Positions 51,835 through 64,000 of a DNA stretch of 64,000 nt are shown here, in pieces. Origin of the DNA: Geosiphon pyriformis uo1 (Eukaryota > Fungi > Glomeromycota); the NCBI GenBank assembly GCA_016748015.1, contig JAAOMT010000594.1, forward strand, positions 1 to 64,000, read 5' to 3'. The position numbers and the translations under genes were made by a program. The notes below the pieces were generated by a model that was not told where the DNA came from, did not search any database, and was given only the letters and a program-made list of their open reading frames with translations. Position 1 is the first letter of the stretch; each line of letters opens with the position of its first letter.

Positions 51835-52684
51835 TGTTACTCATAGAAATATAGGAAATATATTAACATAATTATTAGCCAATCAGAAATAAGCATAGTA
51901 AATGTGGAATTCCAGGATTTCTTTCAAGAATTGCAGAATTCCAGGAATTTTAGGATTCCCCGATGAGGAATTGCAGGATTCCAGAATTTCAGGATTCCCT
52001 GACAAGGAATTGCAAGATTCCAGGAATTCCAGGATTCCTGTCATGAAAAATTGAGGAATTGAGGAATCTCAATTATGTATATATAACAGTAGTATTAGAA
52101 ACAGAAAAACAGAATTGATACCACAGAATCCTTAGCCTAGAAACAAAAATCATCAAATAAATATTTATTCCATATCTCAATCCACTCTCCACTATCAACA
52201 CTTCATGTTGATAATAAGTGATACTTAACCACACTGGAACAATAGCTTTTGATCACGGCTATTAACAAGATACTAATCTGCAAATTGCCTTGGCTTATTT
52301 CTTTTCTTTCTTTATTTTTCTCTTATTTTTCTTTATTTTATTTTGATTTATTATTGTGCACTAACCCATTGATTGAAAAGTGCTGATTACTGACATTAAG
52401 GATTGCCTGGTAAAAGACTCCTGCAAGAAGGTAGGACATATACAGAAGATACAGATTACTTACCAGAGGATTGCTGGCCACCAAGCCAAGAAAAAAATTG
52501 ACAGACTTGCGAGTCTAGGAAGCTATGGATAAAACAACTATTGAATCTCTGTCCATTATACAAAGAACTCTATCAAAACCTTCAGATACAACGCTTGCAG
52601 AACCTTATCAATGGAAGTAGCTTCATGAGCACTAAGTTATGAGTTTGTTATTTACTTCAACAGCAGAAATAATCCCCTGTAACA
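51835..52684 (+). repeat. 3' LTR of inner element (850 bp)
   Basis: Repeat of 42433-43274 with one extra 9-nt array unit. Confidence 0.96.
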
Positions 52685-55600
52685 ATGCCACTCTAGACTG
52701 GAATACACAAGAGCTTCAACTCAGCTAAAATGGGTGACACACGCGAGTACCAGCAATGTGTGGCCACTTCAAGGCTACCAATACATGGCACCACTAATCG
52801 ACTTCGAGAAAGAGAAACCAAAATCTACTTGGGAAGCCTACCAAGTGTCATGGGCTGATGAAAAGCACAATGAGCTGTCACTAATACTCTCTTGGAACAA
52901 CAACAGGAAAGGAAAGCAAACAAACAAACTTACTTGGGAAACCAACAATCTGATTTGGACTGACAATGAACAAGAAGAAGCCTCAAGTTGGGAATGGAAT
53001 GAAAATAAGGGAAAAGAAAAAGAAAAAGAAGAAGGAATGCCACCAACTGCCACCATTTATAATTCCTACACCCACCACACTCCACAACAATCCAATTATT
53101 GACGGCCAAGACTTATATGCGTCAATTGCAGCAAGAAACTGTCATCAATAGGTGCATGCTGTGGCAACAATGAGGAATACCACATTGCAACAAAGTTCTA
53201 CTGTCATTCATGCTTACTCGAATGCTTTGGATGACCAAAGAGGCAAGGAAAATGGGATAACCAACCTTGTCTTACTTGTGGGGAGACTCTGTTAGATGAA
53301 GGGATATGGAACAACATCTTAGGACATGGAGAAACATGCGACGTGTTGTGTTAATACACAATTCTAATAAGCGACTAAGTAAAGAAAGAAACCCCAATAG
53401 AAGCAGCCTGGAGAAGAGCTGTGCAGCAACTGGACAGTTGTCCACATGATGATGACAAAATTTGGAGAATGGCAATTACCAAAATAGAAGAAGCAACACC
53501 CAAAGAGATCAGAAAAATCAAGAACAATCCCCCAGAGCCCATAGAACTTGACTGGAACCCAGAACCAGTTATAAATCTTCTAGATCCAGAGCAATTCCAC
53601 AAACATTACCAGAAATTAGCACTCACAAGAGAGGAACAGGAGCAATGCTTAGAAGAAATAAACACCAGGTTATGTAACCACTGTTTAATTCCATGTGACT
53701 TCCAATATTGTAATGAGTGTAACCTCATCTACAATTCACCACCACACATGATCTACATAATCCCCGAGGAAGAGAAACCAATCAACAGCTGCACATCAGA
53801 ATCAGAATTAGTTTACAATCCCAATTCAAACTCCAACAATGACAACGATAAAAATACCAGTTCCAGCTCCACACAATGTGACAACAAAAATATCAATGAT
53901 GCAGACTCCAATCCTAACTATGAACAATACATTGCCCTACCAGATCTTTCCAAAGAACAGGAGTTGAAATGGTACAATGACAATAGCAAAGACATCATGC
54001 CAGAACGAGCACATGATACTGATGTAGGGTTTAATTTGAGATATCCTGGAAAAGATGTTATCAAATTGGAACCACATTCATGCACCTGCATTGATCTGAA
54101 AATAGTGCTGGAAATCTTAACAACAACAATGGTTCAACTAGCATTCCGAAGTAGTTTAGCAAAAAGAGGGATTAATATAAGAAGAGGAATAATTGACACG
54201 GAATATGTAGAAAATATCATCGCTATGCTACAAAATGACTCAAACAAGGCCTATATAATAAAGCCAAACAAAAAGATAGCACAGACAATATTCTTACCAT
54301 TGGTTAAGATAACTCAATTAATACCAGTAGAAAATAGGAAAGAGTTAGGAATAACAGCAAGAGGAATACAGGGATTTGGGTCAATGGATAGAATAGATGT
54401 ACTAGTTAATATGGCGGAGAAAAAAATTGTTGGCCAAGGAGAAATTATCTCAACCAGTCAAGCTATTTCCATTTCACCATATAGCCAGTACATGCTAGCA
54501 ATAGAAAGGAAGAAAAAGGAGCAAGAACAGATTTTTGAAGCTAAAGCAAACCTTTGTAAATCAGGAGAGATTGAGTTGATCAATCTCCACATACCAGCCA
54601 AAAACTATAGCAGCATAAAAATTCTCATTTACAACAACACTGACAATGTCATCAACATACCAAAAGAAACCATCATTGGATATTTAACTACAGAAATAAA
54701 AAACCAACCACCAAACTCCATTCCAGACTTTCCACAACTTTGTGAATATGTCGACATCACATCACAAACAATCTATGGACGAGACAAATGTTATTTGCTC
54801 CAACCAGAACAATTGGAACAAATGAACATGGGAAACTTAGATCCACTCCAATGTATGCAGCTCAAGATGTTGCTCAACAATTTCAATGACATCTTTACCA
54901 GTGAAAATGAGTTTGGCCGAACTGACATCATTCAGCATTAGATCAAGACTGGAGATGTAATGTTAATCAAACAAAGAGCATACAGAATACCGCCAGCCAG
55001 CCACAAGATCATTTGTCAAAAGATAAACTGAATGCTTGACAATGGGCTAATTCAATCATCAATGAGCCCATGGTCATCACCAGTGGTACTTGTCCATAAA
55101 AAGAATGAGAAAATCTGATTTTGTGTGGACTACAAAAACTCAACAATGTAACTCGTAGAGACAGCTATCCAACTTCACGAATACAGAAATTATTTGATGC
55201 TTTCGGTAGAAACAAATGGTTCTCAACATTAGACTTGGATAGTGGTTATTGGCAAGTAGCCATGAATTCAGCTGACAAAGAGAAGACAGCATTCACTATT
55301 AGAGAAAGGAATTTCAAATTTGAAGTGATGCCATTTGGCTTAACCAATGCTCCAGCCACTTTCCAATGGCTAATGGAAATTGTTTATACTGGCTTATTGT
55401 GAAAATCAGTAGTTGTATACTTGAATGACACCAATGTATTCTCAAAAACATTTGATGATCATCTTCATCATCTTCAACAAGTGTTCAAAAGACTAAAAAG
55501 AGCAGAACTAAAGTTAAATGCAACAAAATGCTTCTTTGGCAAGACAGAACTAAAATTTTTGGAACACATAGTCAGCAAAGATGACATCAAAATAGATCCA

Positions 55601-57664
55601 GAGAAAATAGAGATAGTAAAGAACTTCCCAGTGCTGACCAATATGACAGAACTGAAATCATTCTTGAAATTCGCCAGCTACTATCGACATTTTATCAAGA
55701 ATTTCTCCAAGATAGCACAGTCATTCAACCAACTACAAAACAAAAATACAAAATATGAATGGACAGAAAGTCAACAAGAAGCTTTTGATATTCTGAAAAG
55801 AAAGCTCATCTAAGCTCCAGTACTAATCTATCCAGATCACAGCAAACTATTCATCATCACTACCAATACATCTGGCCAAGCATTAGAAGCAGTACTATCT
55901 CAGAGAGGACCAGACGGTAGAGAACATTCAGTAGTATATGCCAGCCGAGGTCTAACACCAGCTGAAAAGAACTATGGAACACTAAAACAAGAACACTTAG
56001 CAATCTATTGGACAGTTATGAAGTAGAACAAATACTTGAGCCAAAAGTTTGATATATATACGGATTATAAAGGATTAACATCACTTCAAAAGCAAGAATG
56101 TAATAATGGCCACCAATCCAGATGGAAAATGGCACTCTTATAATATACTTATACTATACACTATAAAAAAAGAAAAAACAACGGAAATGCTGACAGTTTG
56201 TCACAAATAAAACAAATCTAAAAACATTTTAAACCCAAAAATATAACAAAACCAGAACAATACCAACAAAAAATACAACAAAAAATGAACATACAAAAAT
56301 ATCAACAAATTCAACATTATATAACTATTCAACAGTTCAAGGAGAATTTATCTTAAATGGAACGAAAAAGTATCAAACAACAATCAAAATATTTTATCAC
56401 TCACCAAAATATACTTTATCAGAAAAATAGAAGGGATCCAGATCAACCAACCAGAGTAATTACAGAGCCAAAAAAAGAGACAATATTATTCAACATGCAC
56501 TCAATTTCAACAACAAGACATTTTCACAAAGAAGCAACCATGGAAAGAACCAGAAAGAGATACTATTGGCCATAAATGTATCCAGATATCATTCAATATG
56601 TTCAAAATTGTGATGCTTGTTAGTGAAGAGGAGGAACAAGACTTAGTAAACCATTAAGACCAATCAAAGTAGGACAACCATTTGACTGGATTGGAATTGA
56701 TTTAATTAGACCATTAACAATTACCAGTAGAGGAAACAGATATATAGCAGTAGCCATGGACTATCTCACTAAATGGCCAGAGACGAAAGCAATTCAAAGA
56801 GCGGATGCAGAATCTATTGCCAAATTCATTCATCAAAATTTGATCTGTTAACACGGATGTTCAAAAGAACTATTATTAAACCAAGAAACCCACTTTGTGA
56901 ATAGAACATTAACAGAATTAAGCCAGAAATTCGGAATTAAGAGGCCACTATCATCACTATATCATCCACAAACAAATGGTTTAGTTGAAAGATTTAATAG
57001 AACATTGTATGAAGCAATTACCAAACTCAGCCAAAAAAACCAAGACGAATAGAATTTGTTCATACCATCAGTACTATTTGCTTATCAGACAATGAAGCAA
57101 GATACTACACAAGCAACACCATTTGAATTAGTATACGGTAGAACAGCAACATTACCAGTAGAGAGAGAAATTAATACATATCCAGCTAAACCAATAACAG
57201 AAGAAAATTTCTAAGAAACATTGTTAAGAAGAACATATAACTTAATGGAAACATTGGAAAACAAACAAAAAAGAGCAGCTAATAACATACAAAAGTCACA
57301 AGAAAAACAGAAAGAAAGACATGATAATCAACTACCAGACAAACCAGTTGAATTCAAGATTAGAGACAAAGTACTCTTACATCGTATCAAAGCAGAAAAA
57401 CAATGGAGTGGAAAATTTGACCCCAAATGGAATAGACCATTTCACATAGAAGAAATTCTAGGAAATAGAGCTTACAAATTAAGACTGGACAACAAAATCT
57501 TAACCAAAGCAGCACATAGAGATTAACTGAAACCATACCACAACACTATACCACCATCTACCAGTAATATTCTACAATTAGAAGTACAGAGAATACTAAT
57601 CCAACCAGATCAAATTTTACGAGATCTGGAACCAATCATTATTATTGACAACATGTCAAATTGA
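52685..57664 (+). pseudogene. Remainder of outer pol (PR end, Cys-rich region, dUTPase at about 53997-54390, RT, RNase H, IN)
   Basis: Collinear with 46030-51135; ORF 53421-54941 contains DVGFNL, RSSL, KIAQ, RGIQGFGS. Confidence 0.95.
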
Positions 57665-58342
57665 TCCATTAAAAGAATATATAAAGACATAGTAGACATG
57701 ACAAGAAATATCAGAAAAATGGAAATTACAGACAATATTCACTTATTAACACAACAACTCTTTCAATTGATCTAACATCAGGAAATGGAGATTACAATCA
57801 ATTAACAAACCATCTGATATCAAGATACTAGAAAGACATTGCAACTCAAAACACAGAAGAAAATTGAAAATACTGTGGACAAAATCATTGTAAAGGTAAA
57901 ATTAGCAATAAGAGAGTTGACAAAAAAGTTACTATATCAAGAGTTGACTAAAGAAACTTGGAATTGGTGGATACAACAATTTCCACGAAACTATTGTTAT
58001 TTTTACTTAAGACAATATGTAAATATCCAGAATCTATATATGGATAAAACAAAGTGATTATTCGACAAAAAAATACTACAACAATTAGAACATTTTGTGA
58101 GAAAAAACAACTTATCTACACAGGCCCAAGCTATATACTAAATACACACAGCATTTCAGGATAGACCAGAAATATTACTCAACAAAGCAATGGATATAGT
58201 TACCAGTAATCAATTGAAAAAGATCACTAATGCTCAATTTGAAAAATTACAGACCCAAATAACACAAGTAATTCTCAAAAACAAAATCCAGGAAATACTT
58301 CAAGAGGGAGAATTACATGAGTTGGATTTTAACAGAGCTTAA
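57653..58342 (+). pseudogene. Post-integrase ORF or domain of unknown function (outer)
   Basis: Homologous to 51124-51814; same frame as integrase across TGA 57662-57664. Confidence 0.8.
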
Positions 58343-58362
58343 TATTAAAAAGAAGGGAATAA

Positions 58363-59208
58363 TGTTACTCATAAAAATATAAGAAATATATTAGCATAAT
58401 TATTAGCCAATCAGAAGTAAGTGTAGTAAATGTGGAATTCCAGGATTCCTCTCAGGAATTGCAGGATTCCAGGAATTTCAGGATTCCTCGACAAGGAATT
58501 CCAGAATTCCAGAATTCCAGGATTCTTCTCAAAGAAATCGCAGAATTCCAGAAATTCCAGGATTCCTGTCATGAAGAATCAAGGAATTGAAGAATCTCAA
58601 TTATGTATATATAGCAGCAGAATTAGAAGCTGAAAAGACAGACCTCTCAGTTTAGATTTGATCTAAGCAACCTTCCAGTTCCCAATTATCAAATAAATAA
58701 TTATTTTATATCTTAATCCACTCTCCACTATCAACACTTTATGTTAATAATAATTGATACTTAACCATACTGGAACAATAGCTCTTGATCACGGCTATTA
58801 ATAAAATACTAATCTGCAAATCGCCTTGGCTTATTTCTTTAGATTTCTTTATTTTCTTTATTTTTCTGTGATTTTGTTATTGTGCACTAACCAATTAATT
58901 GAAAGCACTAATTACTGATGTCAAGAATTGTCTGGTAAAAAACCCCTGTGAGAGGATAGGACATGTACAGAAGATACAGATTACTTACCAGAGGATTGCT
59001 GGCCACCAAGCTGAGAAAAGAATTAACAGACTTGCGAATCTGAGAAGCTACGGATAAAACAACTATTGAATCTCTGTCCATTATACAAAGAACTCCATCA
59101 AAACCATTAGATACAACACTTTCAAAACATCATTAATGAAAATAGCTTTTGAGCACCAAGTTATGGGTTTGTTATTTATTCCTCCACCAGAAATAATTAC
59201 CTATAACA
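58363..59208 (+). repeat. 3' LTR of outer element
   Basis: TGTTACTC...TATAACA after a PPT; pair of 38853-39698. Confidence 0.95.
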
Positions 59209-59640
59209 CCATGATCAAGAGCTATTGTTCCAGTGTGGTTAAGTATCAATTACTATCAACATGAAGTGTTAATAGTGAAGAGTGGATTGAGATATAAAAT
59301 TATTTATTTGATGATTGTGTTTTTAGGCTAAGAATTCTGTGGTATCAATTCTGTCTTTTCTGTTTCTAACACTACTGCTATATATACATATTTGAGATTC
59401 CTCAATTCCTCAATTCCTTGTAACAGAAATCCTGGAATTCTTGGAATTCTGCGATTCCTGATGAGAGAAATCCTGGAATTCTGGAATCCTGCAATTCCTC
59501 GTCAGGAAATCCTGAAATTCCTGGAATCCTGCAATTTCTCTGAAAGGAATCCTGGAATTCCACATTTACTACATCTACCTCTGATTGGCTAATATCTACT
59601 GACTAATAATACTATATTTTTCTATATTCTATGAGTAACA
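59209..59640 (-). repeat. Solo LTR, 5' (U3/R) half
   Basis: rc begins TGTTACTCATAG at 59640; joins 38852 once a 4-bp duplication is removed. Confidence 0.93.
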
Positions 59641-59849
59641 ATGAGTAATTGCTAAGTTATTAAATTTTTTTTTACTATAAATGTCTTTTGGCTTACTTGT
59701 TTGTAATTATATTAAATTGGGCATATTTTGTGCATATTTTGTATACTATTGTATACATATTACATTTTTTAATTTTATTTATTGCTTTGTACTATTTATA
59801 TTATTATTTAATAATTAGTTAATATTTTATATTATTATTATTTTTGATT

Positions 59850-62800
59850 TTTGTTAATTTCTATTGGATAATACTGATAACTGTTTATAAATAACTTTTA
59901 TTATATAAATATACAGACCTAAAAACACTTTGCTAATAAATTTAGATTATATATATAAATCTAAATACTAAACAGCTATAGTATAGATCTAATTGATATA
60001 ATAAATAAGTAAATTAGTTATAATTTCTATATTAGAACTTGCTTTTTATTAAGTTCAACAAATTAATCTGTAAATATTATATACAAAATAATGAATATTA
60101 CTGAATACAACCAGATTATTAGCCACAATAAATTTCTTCAGAACATAATAAAAAAGAAATATGTTTAAATAAACAGTAATATCAACAAACATATTTATTA
60201 AATTATTGTTTTTATTATTCAAATAATCTTTAACTTTTATTCACTTTATTAAAATGTTTTTATTTTTAATTAAATTAACAATATACTTTTATTTTATCCA
60301 ATAATTATTACAAAAATCAGAACAATATAAATCCAAATTTAAAGTACACATATTAATTACTGTTTGGCTGTTTAAATACAAAATTATAAAGATATATACT
60401 TTAAAGCCAAAGCAACTATTTGCAATTCTGCTATTATTGAAAATACAAAATCTTAAACTTCTATTTTAATATTTATAACAATATCTAAAAAATAAGTTAT
60501 TGTCTTACAAGTTATAAATAAAAAATCTTTATTTTTTAAGAATTTATTAATATAAACAGCAAAACTTTTAAATTAAATTCTATGTAAATGTTTCTAAACA
60601 GCTGAAAATTTATTAGAATTTAAAATATTGTTACAAATGATTATTTTAAGATGTTAAAATAAATAACAAATCTGTAACTTAATGCTTAATAGTTAATTCT
60701 AATATTAATTTTTGAAGATTTTAATTAAGTTTTTTATATAATAAATAAAAAATTAAATAATGATTTCTTCTTAAATTTCTGTTTTCAATATAAAAGCTGG
60801 TTTAATTTGGCAGTTATGCCTTTTTAATAAACTATTTTTAAGTTTTTATTTTTGTTTTATGAGTTTTTTACCAAACTATTTTTAATGTCAATATCTTAGT
60901 ACTTAATTTTTTAATTAATTAGTAAACAATAACAAAAATAAAAAAAATAAAAATAAAAAAATAAAAAAAATAAGAAAAAAAATAAAAAATTAATATTTTA
61001 TTAATAGCCATAATTAAGAGCTATTGTTTTAAAGTAATTAAGTATTAAATATTATTAGCATTAATTATAAATAATATAAAAACAATAAATATTTTCAATT
61101 AATAAATAATAATATGAATTGAATATTCAATAAATATTTTATTAATATGAATATAATTCTATTCTAAGTAATAAAAAACTAACTTTTAAAAGAAGAAGTA
61201 TTTTTAATTATTTGTTTTTAACTATTTTTCTGTTTTTTTTTTATTTTTACAACTTTTGCTATATATACATAATTCTTATTATATGAAAAAATTTTTTTTG
61301 TTAGATTTTCTAAAAAATCCACAATTTTTTAAAATATTTAGAATTTTCCGAAAAATTTTTTTCTTTTTCCTCTATTTTAATTAATTATTTTAATATTATG
61401 TGTTTTTTTTTATTGTTTAATTTTTTTTTAAAGTATAATAACATTAAAAACATTACTGACTGAAGACACATTTAACAGATTAAAACCAAAATTAATCATA
61501 AATTTAAGAGTTATATCAAATTAACAAGATATTAAATTTCTTGAATTCAATTTTTTTCAATGATAAAATGTTTTTTAATCCATAATTACATTATATTTAT
61601 TCAATAGTTTATTACTAAAAATTATATCAAAATGCTTCAATAAGTTAATTATATTATAATAATAAAAAGTCTCCAAAATAACCAATATTAAAAACTTACT
61701 AAAATTACAGAAAGCACCAAGCATATTATTAGCTAATAAAAATTTATTGTCCAAAAAACTTTTATTATGCTTACAAAAAAATTATTTACTGGACTAACTC
61801 TTAATTTTACAAAAAACTATAAAGAATTTATAAATGTTTATCTTAATATTTGCAAATTTAAAAACTAATAATCAAACAAATATTTAAGAATTTTAAAAGC
61901 ATTAAAGAAAACAATTAATAAAGCTGTTTTGTTTTTAATTTGCATTTGTTCAAAAATTTTCAAACCATATAAAAAAAAATAATATAATAATTTACTAAGA
62001 AAATTTTTTAGCAAATTAATCTTGGTTTTGAGTTTTTTTCTTACAAAAATATCTCATTTGTTATACATATTTTTGAAACAAAACTGAATTAAGTTTTATA
62101 ACTAATTATTAAATACAGAACAGTCAATACCAAAAAAATATGCTAAAGTTTATTAGTTTCTAAAAATTTTTGTTATATATAAATTTATTTATAAAGTTTT
62201 TTAATTATAAAACACAAAGATGTATTTTTAGTAATTTACAATTGTGAATATAAGCTATTTTTTTAAGCTAGTTGAGTGCAGTCACTAGAATTTGGTATTG
62301 TTTTTTTACTTTTTTGGTAAGCTAACAAAATAAAATTAATATTCAAACTTAAAAAAAGCTTTTTTTTTATTAGACTATTATAAAGTTTATTTTTAAACAG
62401 TTAATTTTTAATATTATTACTTTACAAGAAAGAAAAAAGAATCAAAAAAAATCAAAAAATCAAAAAAAAAAAAAATTAATATTATTAATTGTCATAATTA
62501 AAAGCAATTGGTCTAAGTTATTAAGATTTTAAAGCTGTTTATATTAATAATATCTGGTCTGAAATAAAAGTAAAAAAAACAATTAATTTGATTTTAACAA
62601 TATAAATTCTGAAATCATGTATAAATAAATTAAATAATAAATTTTTTATTTTAATAATTAATATAAAAATATAAAAAAATAAGATAAAATAGTTTATTAA
62701 ATTAAAATATTAAAAAAATTGGTTTTTGTTTTCTCTTTATTTTTTTATTTACTAAAAACTACTTATTTTTATACATATTCTCTAATTTTATAAGATTGCT

Positions 62801-63239
62801 TTTAATTGTTTATTATTACTAATTATTATTTACTATTTTTATTATTGTTTTATTTTTTTATATTATAACTAATTATTTTATACTATAAATAATTATTTTA
62901 TGCTATTTTATGTTATTTTGTATTATCTTAAATTATTATTTATTATAATGTATTATTTCTTATTATTACATTTTTTCTATGTTATTATGTATTAATTATA
63001 TTTTTTTTATAATTTTGTATTGGTTTTTTTACTTAGATAACAAGTATAATTATTTTTTATCTAAATTGTATTATTAACAAAAGCATTTGTTGCAAAAAAT
63101 AAAGTTCTACTCAAAATGTTTTTTACTTTTTTTGTCTTAATAACAAACTTAATATTAATTCAATAACTACACAAATATTTATGTCTTTTAATTTTATATA
63201 AAAGAGAATTATAAAATATTTTATTTTGGTTTAAATCAT
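59850..63239 (-). mobile_element. Eroded LINE ORF2 relic interrupted by LTR relics
   Basis: rc of 60540-60628 = 23643-23735; rc of 59860-60000 = 24287-24420; rc of 63150-63239 = 22437-22550. A further probable LTR relic lies at about 62100-62780. Confidence 0.75.
60629..61440 (-). repeat. Eroded solo LTR, flanks ATAT/ACAT
   Basis: TGTTACAAATGATTA at 60629 is the rc LTR end; rc TATA block at 61250-61275; host LINE reading is restored across it. Right boundary could instead be 61443. Confidence 0.75.
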
Positions 63240-64000
63240 TGTTATTTATAAAAAAATAAAAATCATAATAAGTAGATAAAATAGCCAATAAGAAAAATAT
63301 ATAGTAAAAAGAGAAATTTCAAAATTCCAAAATTTTAAGATTTTTTTTAAAAAATCAAAAAATTTTAAGAAATTTCATATAACAAGAATTATGTATATAT
63401 AATAGTAGTATTAAAAGCAAAAAAAGCAGACAATTAAATTTAAAAAATAATCAAGCAAGTAATTATTACAATACTTCTTTTTTTACCAATAATTACTATT
63501 AACCAAAGTAAAAATTATCTTAATAATACCAATTTAATTATTGAATTCATGTTATTATCCATTAATTGAAAGCATTTATTATTTATACTTTATCAGCAAT
63601 CTATACTGATAATATCTGATATTTAATTATACTAAAACAATAGCTTTTAATTATGACTATTAATAAGATATTAATTTCTTATTTCTTTTCTTAAATTTTT
63701 TTTATTTTATTTTATTTTTATTTTTTGTTTCTTTATTGTTTACTAATTGATTAAAAAAATTAAGTACTAAAATATTAATGTTAAAAATAATCTGGTAAAA
63801 AATCTGTAAAACAAGAATAAAAACTTAAGAATAGCTTATCAAAAAGACATAATTGTTAGAATAAACCAGTCACTATATTAAAAACAAAAATTGGGAAAAA
63901 TTATCAATTAAATTTTTGTTTATTATACAAAAAACTCAACCAAAATCTTCAGACATTCAAAAATCTTCAGAAACTGCTAACAAAAATAGCTATTGAGCAC
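63240..64000 (+). repeat. Eroded LTR running off the window end
   Basis: TGTTATTTATA start, AGCCAAT, degenerate array, TATGTATATATA, AACAATAGCTTTTAATTATGACT, GAGCAC; similar to 8904-9811. Confidence 0.85.

Larger units (their letters stand above)
42433..52684 (+). mobile_element. Inner Ty3/Gypsy element with dUTPase, full length (10.25 kb), inactivated
   Basis: LTRs 42433-43274 and 51835-52684 (TG...CA), PBS, gag-pol, extra ORF, PPT AAAAGGAGGGA near 51820; flanks ACAC/ATGC. Confidence 0.97.
38853..59208 (+). mobile_element. Outer Ty3/Gypsy element with dUTPase, inserted in the inverted solo LTR and interrupted at 42433-52684
   Basis: LTRs 38853-39698 and 58363-59208 (846 bp each, same subtype); gag-protease 39761-42432 resumes at 52685 (WLSKIN|ATLDWNTQE). 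Confidence 0.96.

Overview
Eukaryotic, very AT-rich fungal DNA with GT-AG introns; gene and TE content suggests Glomeromycotina (Geosiphon-like, from recollection of similar proteins, not verified). Three host genes sit in two small islands: a myotubularin (545-3895, +), and a convergent pair of REX4 (26189-27449, +) and ATP18 (27620-28043, -, missed by the ORF track). Almost everything else is retrotransposon. LINE nest (about 4.9-29.7 kb): heavily eroded RNase H-bearing LINE relics, one of which is interrupted by a young composite of an ORF1-only (HAL1-like) element plus a full-length LINE; the two share 5' and 3' motifs and a 3' stem-loop. LTR nest (30.5-64 kb): an eroded Ty3/Gypsy element, then a three-layer nest in which a solo LTR is split by a full element that is itself split by a second full element. 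These carry a dUTPase, an unknown Cys-rich region and an unknown post-integrase ORF. Main signals: (1) both reconstructable 4-bp target-site duplications are centred on a CpG; (2) an ORF1-only LINE parasite; (3) repeat-restricted, two-stranded C-to-T hypermutation that strips TEs of G/C while leaving genes intact. All alignments were done by eye; relic boundaries are approximate.
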